A stretch of 64,000 nucleotides of DNA, from the NCBI GenBank assembly GCA_964252035.1, contig OZ176212.1. One strand, given 5' to 3'. The notes under the pieces are model-generated. The model did not search any database. It was not told the DNA's origin and saw only the letters and a program-made list of their open reading frames with translations. Positions 41,001 through 52,600 of this stretch are shown in pieces; the stretch's first letter is position 1, and the number at the start of each line of letters is the position of its first letter. A program made the translations under genes and the position numbers. The stretch is from Podarcis erhardii. Its lineage: Eukaryota.

Positions 41001-43219
41001 GTCCTCCAAAACAGGGCTGTCCCATTGCTCCAGTGCAAAGCGAAGGCTGAGATCAATCGCCTTCACTCACACGAAAACTCCAGTCATGGAAATTCTGGAA
41101 AGTGCCTTTCTCCCCCTTCCCCAAGTTGTGGCTGAAGGTGACCATGGGGATCAGCAGGGCAGAAAACAGGTGGAGCTTGAACCAATGGCAGGGAGAGCCA
41201 GCCCCTGACTGGTTGTAAAGCAAAAAGGCAGCCAGACAGGGGCAGTGCCCCATTTGCCTCCAGTGCCCATCCCACCCCTCTACACACACCCCCAAGCCCC
41301 CACCTCAGTGAGTTGCTGGAAGCCTTGTGGCCAGGGTGCCGCTTTGTGGGGATCCGTGGGGTAGGTGCCCAGAGGGGATCGGTCACCATGGCGGTACACC
41401 TAAGAAGGAAGTAGGGGGTCAGAACAGCAACATACAGCAAACCGAGTGATAGTTTTGGCCTCAAATTTCTAACCTACAGGACCAGGAATCTTTTTGGACT
41501 TTTAAAATATCTTCAGGGCTGTCACATGGAAGAGGAAGCATGCTTTTTCTCTCTCCTGCTCTTGAGGGTAAGACTCGAACCAATGGCTTCAAGTTACAGG
41601 AAAGGAGATTCCGAGTAAACATTCAGAAAAACTTTCTGACAGTAAGAGCTGTTCGGCGGTGGAACAGTCTCCCACGAGAAGTGCTGGACTTTTCTTCCAT
41701 GGAGGTTTTCTAAGCAGAGGTTGGATGGGCATCTGCAATGGATACTTTCGCTGAGATTCCTGCATTGCAGGGGGTTGGACTAGATGACCCTTGGGTCCCT
41801 TCCAACTCTTAAGATTCTATGATTCTATGATCCTGTCCTGCAAAATGGGACCTACTGTGATTTACCTTTAATATTATTCCACCTCCACCCCCCCCTTTGC
41901 TATCTAGTTCTCTCACACACATGCACAGAAACAGACACATGTTTTCCCTTTCTTTAATAGATGGCATTGCTGGAGGGTCAGTCTGTAAACCAGAAACAAG
42001 ATGCCTGCACCAGTTCATTTATAGGTGAGGGGCAAAGAAAAGAAACCACAGCCACTTTAAAAATTTTACTTTTGAGTTTACGTGACATGCACCAAGTGTA
42101 TTGCAAAATAAACAAATATGTACTTATACGGGTATTATTATAAATTATGCATCCCAAATATAAAACAACAACTCTGTTTTATAGCATCTAGTGCTATAAA
42201 AACTACCGCTTTAAAGAAATTAAAAATACAAATTTCTAATTTCTCCTCTTCAGATCTGATTCATTCAAAAGAACCATCCTATGTGTGTGAGTATATATAT
42301 ATATTTCATAATAGGCCTAATACTTATTTTTCACACTATCCCTTTAAAAAGCTCCCCTCTCATCCCTTAAGGGTGTATTCCTAATACCAAGCCTGCAGTC
42401 TTTCGGGCACTTCTGTGGAATACATTTTCATTCAAAGTAGCCAGGGATTGGGTGAGTCAGGGTAAAGTAATTAGTATGTTATTACCCTTCTTGAGGCTAA
42501 ACAAGCTATTAGTCCGATCAGTTAAAAAAAAAGGGTGTGTGTGCCAGCATCAGGTATTTGACAAAGTGGTCTTAAGTGCATGGAAACTTATGCCACACTA
42601 AGTGTTAGTTTCTAAGGTGCTACAAGTCTCTGGGTGTGTGATGTGTCTCTGTGCCCAGCGCAGACCCAGATCTGTGGTGCCCTTCTGGTACAGAACTGTC
42701 CCACCCACCATAATAGGGTTGTAACCATGGTTAGACAGACTCTGACTGGATCCATTGACATGAAAGGGCACGACTAACTTAGGGTCCATTAATTTCAGTG
42801 GCGTTTGACCAACACTGGAAAAAACACAAAGTTTTGGCGTTTTTCAATAGCCAGTCTCCTTAATGTTTTTCTGTGTTTTTAGTGTTTAAAAACACAGTGT
42901 TTCCCCCCCCCTGTTTTAACAATGTACACCACCTTGATATTTTATGATACAGGGTACTGACATACTTTTATAATTAATTAAATATCAAAGTCATTCATAC
43001 ATACACACACAGAGAGAGAGAGTGGTACCTCGGGTTACAAACACTTTGGGTTACAGTACCTCAGGTTAAGAACTTTACCTCAGGCTGAGAACAGAAATCA
43101 CGCAGCGGCGGCACAGCAGCAGCGGGAGGCCCAATTAGCTAAAGTGGCACCTCAGGTTAAGAACGGTTTTAGGTTAAGAATGGACCTCTGGACAAATTAA
43201 GTTCTTAACCCAAGATACC

Positions 43220-43270
<51 letters not shown>

Positions 43271-44767
43271 GTAATTGAATGTCAGTTCTAAGCCACCTCA
43301 GTAGGATTTATATCCTGAAAGTTGGGATATAGCAATATATGAAATGAAAGAGAGGCAACTCACTGCTTGGAGCAGAATGCACCCCCTTCATTCCCGACTC
43401 AAGGAATCCAGAAGCTCTGCTTCCCATCTCTGACCCCGTAGACCTCACACCATAGCTGTCAACCGTCCCTTATTTGGCGGGAAACTCCCTTATCCCAGCA
43501 CCGTGTCCTGCTGCTGTCCCTTATTGATGATGTCCCTTAAATTTCCCGGGTTTCATGCTTAGGCTTGGGAGGGAAGCAGCGGCTCGGGGTCCTCCGCTGC
43601 GAGAGAGAGCGCACGCACGAGCTGCCACGTCTCCATCTCTCCCTTTTCCCCCTCAGGGGCGCGTCGTGAGGAGATGGGTGGCAGCAGCGGCGGCTGAGGA
43701 GGCGGCCTGAGGGAAGAGGAAGAGGAGGGGATGGGGAGGGACGCAGAAGGGCTGCACTTCAGTGGCCACGCCGCCGCCGCAACCACCTCAACCACCTCAT
43801 GCCGGGCTCACGGGCGGCGTGGGTGAGAGTCTCTCTTCCTCACCCCCTCTCTCTGGCGAGGAAGGGCCGATGGAACTCCTCGCACCAGGACGACGGCAGC
43901 CCTGACATGCTGCTTAGCATACCCTCCAAGCAGTGCAGCATCTTAATGTAGTGATTTGCCCCTCTGCATCCCTTTCATAACTCTATTTTTATAAATCATT
44001 TGTCCATCCATATTTCAAATTTTTGCTCCAAGTTTTCTGTCAATCCTACCAATGTATGTAACTCTTTACAATAGCTTTTCAAATAAATTATAAAGTTTCC
44101 CCATTCTTTATTAAAGGGGTCAGTGGCGTAGCGTGGGGGGGCAGGGGGGGCCGGCCGCACCGGGTGCAACATCTGGGGGTTAGGGTTAGGGGGCGCAAAT
44201 CCATGGGTTAGGGGGCGCAAATTACTTGCCTTGCCCCGGGTGCTGACAACCCACGCTACGCCACTGAAAGAGGTCCTCTTCCTGGTTTCTAATTCTGCCT
44301 GTAAGCTTTGCCATCTTGACGTCGTTCATCAGTTTTGTCTGCCACTCTTCTTTGGTGGGAGTTGTAGACCCTTAGGATCATCTAGTCCAACCCCCTGCAA
44401 AACACAGTCAGTCACAGCAAAAGCAGCATGGCTTCATCAGTGCCGGATTTATGTATAAGCGAAGCAAAATCCCTTATTTAGGCTGCTGATCCCTTATTTT
44501 CGAGGCTGCTGGTCCCTTATTTTCAAATCTCTAAGTTGACAGCTATGCCTCACACTCCTCCCAAAGTACCCTGGCTCCTTTCCCTCTTGCTGTGCAGCAC
44601 TAGACTCCTGCTCCTTTCCGGAGAACCCAGGCGCCCTAGTTCCTGCCACCCACCCTCCTGTGTACCAGCGTGACGAAGCGCAGCGTCCTCTCTTGGGCCG
44701 GCGTGAGAGGCAGAATATCCTGGATGAGGAGGAGAATCCAAGGTGCCAGGGCTACAGAGAGCCTCAT
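35021..44767 (-). CDS. ACP4: Acid phosphatase 4 (testicular acid phosphatase, histidine acid phosphatase), 398 aa, complete
   Basis: Eleven exons: 44767-44666, 41399-41304, 40941-40855, 39778-39641, 38951-38853, 37645-37550, 37466-37334, 36899-36817, 36421-36315, 35357-35188, 35106-35021; total 1197 nt with consistent phases. Signal peptide, catalytic RHGDRSP and HD (YSAHDST) motifs, C-terminal TM helix. [35 protein letters not shown] and AHVG match ACP4 rather than ACP2/ACP3. It is adjacent to SNORD88 as in human. Confidence 0.95.
40504..40819. mobile_element. Tc1/mariner-pogo-type MITE with TA TSD
   Basis: TIRs CAGTGGTGCCTCGCAAGAC / GTCTTGCGGGGCACCACTG flanked by TA; interior contains (TTAGCGG)-like tandem units. 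Confidence 0.85.
41525..41831 (+). mobile_element. CR1 LINE 3' end
   Basis: Ends GGGGTTGGACTAGATGACCCTTGGGTCCCTTCCAACTCTTAAGATTCTATGATTCTATGAT, the CR1 (ATTCTATG)n tail. Confidence 0.88.
43019..43223. mobile_element. Tc1/mariner-pogo-type MITE followed by (TG)n at 43222-43268
   Basis: AGTGGTACCTCGGGTTAC...CCCAAGATACCACTG; interior similar to 63796-64000. Confidence 0.75.
43451..44547. mobile_element. Non-autonomous hAT-type element with 8-bp TSD, in ACP4 intron
   Basis: 13-bp TIR CATAGCTGTCAAC / GTTGACAGCTATG; perfect TSD CCTCACAC at 43443-43450 and 44548-44555; subterminal TCCCTTAT repeats at both ends. Confidence 0.85.
44121..44266. mobile_element. Nested hAT-type MITE
   Basis: TIR CAGTGGCGTAGCGTGGG / CCCACGCTACGCCACTG; 8-bp TSD AAAGGGGT / AAAGAGGT (one mismatch). 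Confidence 0.85.
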
Positions 44768-46031
44768 GTTCTCCGCCACCTGGAAAAAGAACTGTTGGAG
44801 GGAGGGAGGGAGGGCAAACTCTTCCGTTATATAGGCCCATCCTCAGACCCTGTAATTATCTCTCATTTTCCTTTGCTGACAGGTCAGATCTAACAGGCGG
44901 CACCACAGAGCTTGTGTGTGTGTTAGTATGTGAGAAGAGTGTTGGTTCCCCCTCCCCCCGTTTTACACCTGCCAGTCCCCTTAAAACTGCCTGTTTGTTA
45001 AATGGGGGGAGGAGATTCACTTGCCATGATGATTACAACTCCCAACCAAGACATTACGTCTTGCCTTCTCCACCTGCAGAGAAAACATCTGAGCCTGTGA
45101 TAACCAGTTGCCGGGTTTGTTTCTGGCCGGGGTCCTGTGTGTTTAGCCGCTGGGTGTCTGGCAAAAATTCAGCAGGTAAACCCTTTTGCTCGCACAGAGA
45201 TGTGCCGGAGGAGCTTCTCCTGATGGATTTCTGCCTGTCCCGCAAGCATTGTAAGTTGAGGAGCTTTGCCCAGGGGGTCAGGAGTCAAATCATGTCAGGT
45301 CGTTGTTACCTGACAACAAGAATTCAGTTTGCGGACTCCTCCAACCACCTGAAGGATGTGGGACCATATAGTCACCCCCAGACATTAATGAGTCCAGTTT
45401 TGCATGGCTGATGCCAGCCTCCCTATTGGTAGATCAACAAACAAGTTCACCTTGACGCCATCTCGCCAGACAACTAGCCTAAGTGTCTTGTTGATTTACA
45501 CCTGGTCTCCAGAATTTGATGTTTCGCAGGAGATGGCCTCAGCAGAGGTGGAGGTATATGTGACAGAAATCTGTCTTGACTTCGGCTCGCAGTTCACAAG
45601 TAAAACCTCCAGTGACAAAACGTTCTAGTGGGGAGTTCTCCTGTTCCAGTCAGTCATCACAACATCGCCACAGTGTGTCAGCATTCTGGGCTGCATCCAA
45701 CCAAACTAGAGTACAATCGTGGACATGTATAGATCTAAATTAGTCATGTCCATCAATTTCAATGGGTATACTTTGATTAGAAGTTACTTGGCTGCAGCCC
45801 AGAATGTGGACTGACTGGAGGGGAATGGAATGGAGTGTCGTTGTGGAGGGTGTTGCACACTGACCGGAGCAGTGAACAGGAGCACCCATACTACAATATT
45901 TTGTTGCAGGTTTGACTTGTGAACTCTAGAGTTTGACCCTGTGTGGTCATTGAATGCAGTGTCTTTTTCTAAACCCTTTTTGTACTTCTGCAAACTTCAG
46001 TGTTCCTCCAAGCCTGCTTATAGCTCCTTCT

Positions 46032-46259
46032 CAAAACAAAATAAAAAAATTCCTTCCAGTAGCACCTTAAAGACCAACTAAGTTAGTTCTAGGTATGAGC
46101 TTTCGTGTGCATGCACACTTCTTCAGATACACAGAGCTAGAACTAACTTAGTTGGTCTTTAACCTAGAACTAACTTAGTTGGTCTTTAAGGTGCTACTGG
46201 AAGGAATTTTTTTATTTTGTTTTGACTATGGCAGACCAACACAGCTACCTATCTGTAAC
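46032..46259. mobile_element. Penelope-like element remnant (inverted terminal segments) with minimal hammerhead ribozyme
   Basis: Inverted copies of AACTTAGTTGGTCTTTAAGGTGCTACTGGAAGGAAT; TSD TATAGCTCCTTCT at 46019-46031 and 46260-46272; hammerhead core on the minus strand at 46093-46130. Confidence 0.8.
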
Positions 46260-47024
46260 TATAGCTCCTTCTATAGTTCTTGGCTGTGGACAGTGCTGTT
46301 TGGGCATCAGCACTGAACATCAGAATAGAGAGAATGTTTTGAAGCCTTTGGTGGCAAAGGAGGTGCCATTTCCCCTTGTTCTTCAGTTCAGTAATGGCAG
46401 GACCAGGCATGAATTATTTGGATAATTTGTACCGGACCCAGGATTTGACTTTTGTAAATGCAGAATGTGGAATTAGGTGGGTGAAGGTTTGTTTGTTTTT
46501 GTAAGGTACATTTGATGCTAGCCGTTCACTGTGGTTGTTAACAGAAGAGCCTTTGAAATACTGGATCTTTCTGCTTCCTTATTTCATCTTATAAAGGAAC
46601 ATCAAGGAAGGAGCTCTGGGCCGCATCAAAATATTGGTTCCCCCACAGCTTGTAAAAGCTGCAGTCCAGATGGAGAAACCTCTTGCCAAGGGAATGACGG
46701 GGCAGCCTTCCTGCATGGTGGCTGTTGCTACAAACTGAAAGAGAAGGGTTTGGGTATGAAAAAGAGCAGGAGGGGGAAAGTATGTTCCTACTTTTTAATT
46801 GCTAGTTTGGAATCCTGGTTGGGGAAAACTGAGTAATAAGTTGTTCTGCGTCCATAGCTGCTGCTTCAATGCCAAGTGCTGAAAGCAAATGTTGGAAATG
46901 AGTACCAAAGCTACTAGTCCACAAGAATGTTCAGTAGCTGTTCCACACATATGTATATGAGAGGCTGCTACTAGCCATACTGTGTATACGGGTGTGGGGA
47001 GGAAGTATTCCAGAGCTTCCAGTA

Positions 47025-47276
47025 CAGTGGTACCTTGGTTTAAGAACAGCTTAGTTTATGAACAACTTAGATTAAGAATGCTGCAAACCCGGAAGTAGGT
47101 GTTTTAGTTTGTGAACTTTGCCTTGGAATAAGAACATGTTTCGCTTCCTGTTGAGTGTGTTCCATTTGTAAATTGAGTCCCCCGCTGCTATGGGAAAGCA
47201 TGCCTTGGTTTAAGAATGCTTTGGTTTAAGAACGGACTTCCGGAACGGATTAAGTTTGTAAACCAAGGTACCACTG
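47025..47276. mobile_element. Tc1/mariner-pogo-type MITE with TA TSD
   Basis: TA|CAGTGGTACCTTGGTTT ... AAACCAAGGTACCACTG|TA. Confidence 0.87.
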
Positions 47277-48645
47277 TAATTAGGCTCCAACCCCTCCTGC
47301 ACCACCAGCACTTTAAAAACTTGGTAGGCCAGGAGGAGAAAGCTAAACCCTGAAAAATCTCAGTGCTGCAAACCCTAACAAACCCTACAGCAATAGGGTC
47401 AGTTATTTTGGTATTATTCTGGCAAATCAGTTGGAGTGTATGATGATGATGATGCCAGAAAATATTTCAATCTGTGTTCATTTAATTTTATAAACAAACA
47501 TACATAATGGAGCAATAGCAAAATATAGGTCAATTAACAACAGAGTTGGTGCAAGGCCAAAAACCTAATACAAAACCACCATTGGAAACGGAGCAACTGA
47601 ACAAAGGAGAAATGCAGCCCCATGGAAGGAATACCATTATCCAAGTTCAGTTACCATGAGTTTGAGCTGGGATAACATTGTTTTCTCTTTTTATTTACAG
47701 CAATTCCACATTTCTCTAAATTTGTCAGGCCCCTTTGTTTTCCTTAATGCTTTCATCTTGTGTGTTATTTTTTCTTCTGAAGCGATTGACCACGTTTCTG
47801 GATACCAAACTTCCAATGAATTCAGCCTTTTGCTGCTTTCGCAGTGGTTGGCTGTAAGATTACCAAGTCTTTCAGCATAACTTTCCCCTTTGAGTCATCA
47901 AACGTATATTTTCGTTATGGTACTACAGGGACACTTGTTATTTTCACTACAACCGACTAACTTGGCTACCACTCAGGAGTTCAAAAGGGCTGCAAATATT
48001 TGCACATCAAAAAGAGGCTGCAGCTGCCTGCAAACTGAGGTTGCTGCTTTCTCCTCTCCCACCCCAATAGATGGCCTTTCCTGGTCAGTGCCCTTCCAAC
48101 TTCCGGCCTACGTTCAGGAGAAGCCTTTGCCCCGTTGCACCAGTTGCGGCTCTCCGATAGTGAAAAGGCTGAAAACTGACAGGCAGAGATCAGAGACAAG
48201 ACATGGGAGCTTTGGGGTTCTCCAGCATCATCATCACCCTCCTTTTCCTGGGAGCAGCAGGTCAGTTCCAGCTATCCAGGACTTAGGGCTGTCTCTACCA
48301 TTAGGTAGAGCCAGGCGACTGCCTCAGGCAACAGAATGTTGGGGGCCGGGAATGGCAGCAAGGTGTGGAAGGGCAGAGCTGTGTGTGCCACATCCTACGA
48401 CCTGCTCTAGGTTGTCCTCAGTTAATGGGGTGTGGTGGAAGACAGTGTCCTATGGCCAGCACAGAAGTAACGCTCAACAGCCATTTTGGTTGTGGAAAAT
48501 CTTGTCCTTTGCCCCAGGCAGAAAAAGTCTTGTTCAGGCCTTGGTCACTCCTTGCTGGCAATAACCTCTTTTTTGGTTGGCTGTTTCTGATAAATCCTGT
48601 CCCTTAGGATTGCCATATTTCAAAAAGTAAAAACCAGGACACCCT

Positions 48646-48781
48646 GTGTATCTGAAGAAGTGTGCATGCACACAAAAGCTCATACCAAGAACTAACTTAG
48701 TTGGTCTTTAAGGTGCTACTGGAAGGAATTTTTTTATTTTGTTTTGACTATGGCAGACCAACACGGCTACCTATCTGTAAC
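48646..48781 (+). mobile_element. Penelope-like terminal repeat fragment
   Basis: Near-identical to parts of 46032-46259 and includes the hammerhead segment at 48648-48685. Confidence 0.8.
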
Positions 48782-49603
48782 CCTAAAAGTTGTTATTGTT
48801 GTTTGGTTTTATATGTACCCTGCCCATCTGACTGCATTGCCCCATCTACACTGGCTGACTTCCGACAAATTTGAAACCACAGTAAAACATCAAACATTAA
48901 AAACTTCCCTGTACAGGGCTGCCTTCATATGTCTTCTGAAAGGTCACATAGTTGTTTATTTGCTTGACATCTGATGGGAGGGTGTTCCACAGGGTGGGTG
49001 TCACTACTGAGAAGGCCCTGTAACCTCACTTCTCGCAATGAGGGAACTGCTAGAAGGCCCTCGGAGCTGGATCTCAGTGTCCGGGCTGAATGGTTAAGAA
49101 ACTAGCTGTCATGTCTACTGCACTAGCTATAGTTTCTGAACGGTCTTCAAGGTAGCGCTACACATAGCACATTGCAGTAGTCTAACAGACTAGTTAACTA
49201 GACTTAAGAATTCAGCTCTCTTTCCATGTCATTTCCAAGTGACGAGTGGATGCATCTAGTCTCTAGCACACTTTCACATGCACAAACACTAGAGGCCCAA
49301 TGCAGCCTACCATTTCAGATGTTGCAGCTCCGGAAATGTATTTTGACAAGTTGATATTGTTTTGTAAAAGGAGGAGGTTCAGTGAGGTGTGGGGCAAGGG
49401 CAGCTGGCAGAGAGATAAGCAGGGCTGGCAAGCAAAGCGAGCAGGGGTGGCAGCACCTAATGAATTGTATAGTCAAAGGGTCAAATAAGTTTAAAAAACA
49501 TATCTTTTGCAGACAGGGAATACAGCAATAACTTGATCAAAGGGGATTCTTTCATTTTCACAGACGTGCAGCTGCAGCAACACACACACCTCTCTACCCC
49601 ACC

Positions 49604-52600
49604 ATGTCTCTATCTCACACACATGGTCCCCATTTTCTCTTGATTGTCTTGGTATTGGCTCACCTCCTTTCCCCCTTTCTCACAGGGTCTGCTGGCGATA
49701 CTTTTGATCTCACAGATGCCTTGGCTGACCCAGAAACCCCCCAGAGCAACCAGCAATTAGGACGTGAGTAGGGACTGTGCAGAAGAATGTCAGTTGTTGT
49801 TGTTTCCTCGAAAGAGAAGATTTAGCTGCTTTAACAGCCATGGCCTTCTCCAACAAATAAACCTGGAAACTGTAGTTCCCCACCTTTTACTCAATAGACT
49901 CAAGATATTAACACCCTGGCCACTTTAAATTACTTTTGATAAACATCAGTTTCAGTTGGATACCTACTGGGGACCTTTGGATAGCATCTATCAATTTGTA
50001 TGTGTAAATTAAGATGGATGTAGTGGTGCTTATAGTATAGTTAATGTGAGCTGACAGTGGTGTTTTGTTTTCCCCTTTCCTCCCCCCCCCCCATTTCTAT
50101 CCCCCCTCCCCACTTTTTTATAAATTTGCAATAAACAGATAAAATAAATAAATACTATACCCTATGGAACTAGCAGAAATTGAAGAGGTCAAGGTTCTTC
50201 TAACATGGAGTATAACTCTCATGTAGCCGTGATTAAATGCATGGGACCTGTAAGAGGTGGGGGTGGGAAAGAAAGGTGGCAACTTTATGCAGAAAATTAA
50301 ACTGCCGCTGAGTTGAGGAGTATTCGGAATGAAAAGGAATGTTTTTGACTTGGGATGAGTTTTTCTGGCTTGCTTTCGCCCTATCCAGAGTGTCAGAATG
50401 AGGCCCGGGACATTGTCTTCCTGATGGATGGTTCATCCAGCATGCGGGCATCAGAATTCCTGCAACTGAAGCTGTTCATTGCACTCGTAATGAAAAGTAT
50501 TCCCCATAATGTGCAGGTCAGTAGGGGAGATGGGCAAGAGGGCATGGTGTCAGCTCCCAGAGTTGGTTTAAATGTTGGAAGATTCAAGACAAACACTAGG
50601 ATTCTTGCAATTTTCATGTGCCTTGCTGCCGGGCACATACCACTGGGGTAAAAGAGTAGGATTTTGTGGGGGAAAGAGCAGGCTGCACTGAACCTCAGCA
50701 TGACCCCTTGTTCCTGATCAATTGAGTGGGGTTTGGCTGAGAAGCACAAGGGCTCAATGCCTCCAAGTCCCTTGGGAAGCCATGGCTCTGACCTTGCACA
50801 CTTCACTCCACCTGGGGGGTGTAGGAGTTAATAACAAAGGATGTGGTGGCTGCGTTATTGGATACTTTGGGGTTACTGTTCAAGGGCAGCAAATTGTCAA
50901 ATATTTAGTTAATTATTATACACATATCACCATAAGGGGTTCCTATTTGGGTTTTCGGCCTGAGGCAGCAAAACGCCTGTCTCTATTTAACACGAACAGT
51001 AACCAGACCTGAACTGGGGGAAACGATGAATGTAATCCAAAATGGGAAGAAGGCAGCTGGGTAGCCACTGGCCCCCAAACAGATTGATCGTGGCAGCTGT
51101 TAGCTGATTTAAGAATCAGGCTGCTCCTCCTGTCTGGCACACCTGCTTAAATACAAATATCACAGAGGTTAAGAAGAGCCCTGCCTGGTCAGGCTAATTT
51201 CTTGCATTCAGAGGCATACTGCCTCCGACAGTGGACAGTAGAGCATAGCCATTGTGGTTAGTAGCCGTGTCCTCATTAATCTCTCTCTGTTCTCAGTTTG
51301 CCCTCCTGCAGTTCTCTAACCGCTTTGAAGAGCATTTTGACTTCAGACGCTTCAGCAGAGACCGGGATGCCGACCTCTTGATCAGTGGAATCAAACAGCT
51401 GGGAGGCGGCTCCCATACGGCCTCCGGGATCAGAAAAGTGGTGTGGGTATCTTTGCTCCCGTTCTCTCCCCCGCCTCCTCTTTTTTCCCCCTGCTGGTGC
51501 AGAAATTCAAACAGTGCTTTTCCTACCATGGAGATGCAGCAATAGTGAAACGCAGAATGCTGTTACTTGCCACACTCACCGCCAGCCTTTCTCTCTCCTC
51601 CCGCTTTTAGGAAAGAGCTGTTCACCACACAAAAAGGAGCTCGCCCCACAGCCAAGAAGTTCCTTGTGATAGTGACAGACGGGGAGAAAACAGGGGACCC
51701 TCTGGAGTATGCAGATATTGTTGAAGAGGCCAACAGAGCTGGAATCACACGCATTGCGGTTGGGGTGAGAGCAAACATACCTGCCTATGTTACTTATTTA
51801 AGTTGCATGTTTCAAGGGCCAACCCTTCAGCTAAATTGGAACTCTGGGGGGCAGCTTACAGTGACAGTACAAAAGCAACAAAACCTCAGGCTGGTGTACA
51901 AAACTAAAACCAGCAGCAGACTAAATGGGCAACTAGAGCAGATCAGCAACCATTAATACTAAAAGCTGCATGTTCCCCACCTCTTGCTTTACCTCATCTG
52001 TAAAATGGGAATAACTGTGGACCTAATGCCGTGCGCCTTCTGGGGTAGTTTGTCCACCTTTGGTCCCCAACCTGCATTCAGCTCTCACCTGTGGCTCCTA
52101 GAAGCTGTCAGCATGAGGCAGCAGCCACACCCTGGGAAATGGCTTTGACTGGCCAGATATCTCTGGGAGAAGAAAAGGCTAAGGAGTTAACCCTACACAA
52201 ATTCAGAGTGGAATCCCCAAGATGGTTAGATTTGCCTTGTACGCCTCCCTCCAGCAACTCCTGCAGCCAAGCTGGTGTCAAACGTATTGCTCTGCTTTCC
52301 TTTGGCCACGTCAGTGAGGCCAAGAGGGAGGCCTTGTTTTCTGGGCAGCCCAGGACCTCCAGACACACTGCCCAGGCTTGCGCCCCAGGGAGGTCACTTT
52401 GGTGCTGCTATTGCTGCAGTTTGACTCCATTGTTTCTCAAGGCAGATAGATGCCAGCAGGAATGGAGTAAAACATACCCCAAAACCATAAAGCATTTTTG
52501 CCAGATTTCAGAGTGATCAAGCTAACCTATCCACCCCTGTGTTGTATATGAGAAAAGGCTCATACATGGTCCTTGGAGGGAGTTGGGGCTTCACCTTCCT

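Noticed and set aside
43467-43477. Perfect CArG box CCTTATTTGG
   Set aside because: Part of the hAT subterminal TCCCTTAT repeats; no independent support as an SRF site.
44176-44215. Telomere-like GGGTTAGGGTTAGGG
   Set aside because: Only 2-3 units inside a MITE; not an interstitial telomeric array.
44743-45700. 222-aa ORF and neighbouring coding-looking sequence upstream of ACP4, tested as integrin propeller exons or a pseudogene
   Set aside because: No recognisable domain in any frame I translated and no FG-GAP motifs; partly antisense to ACP4 exon 1.
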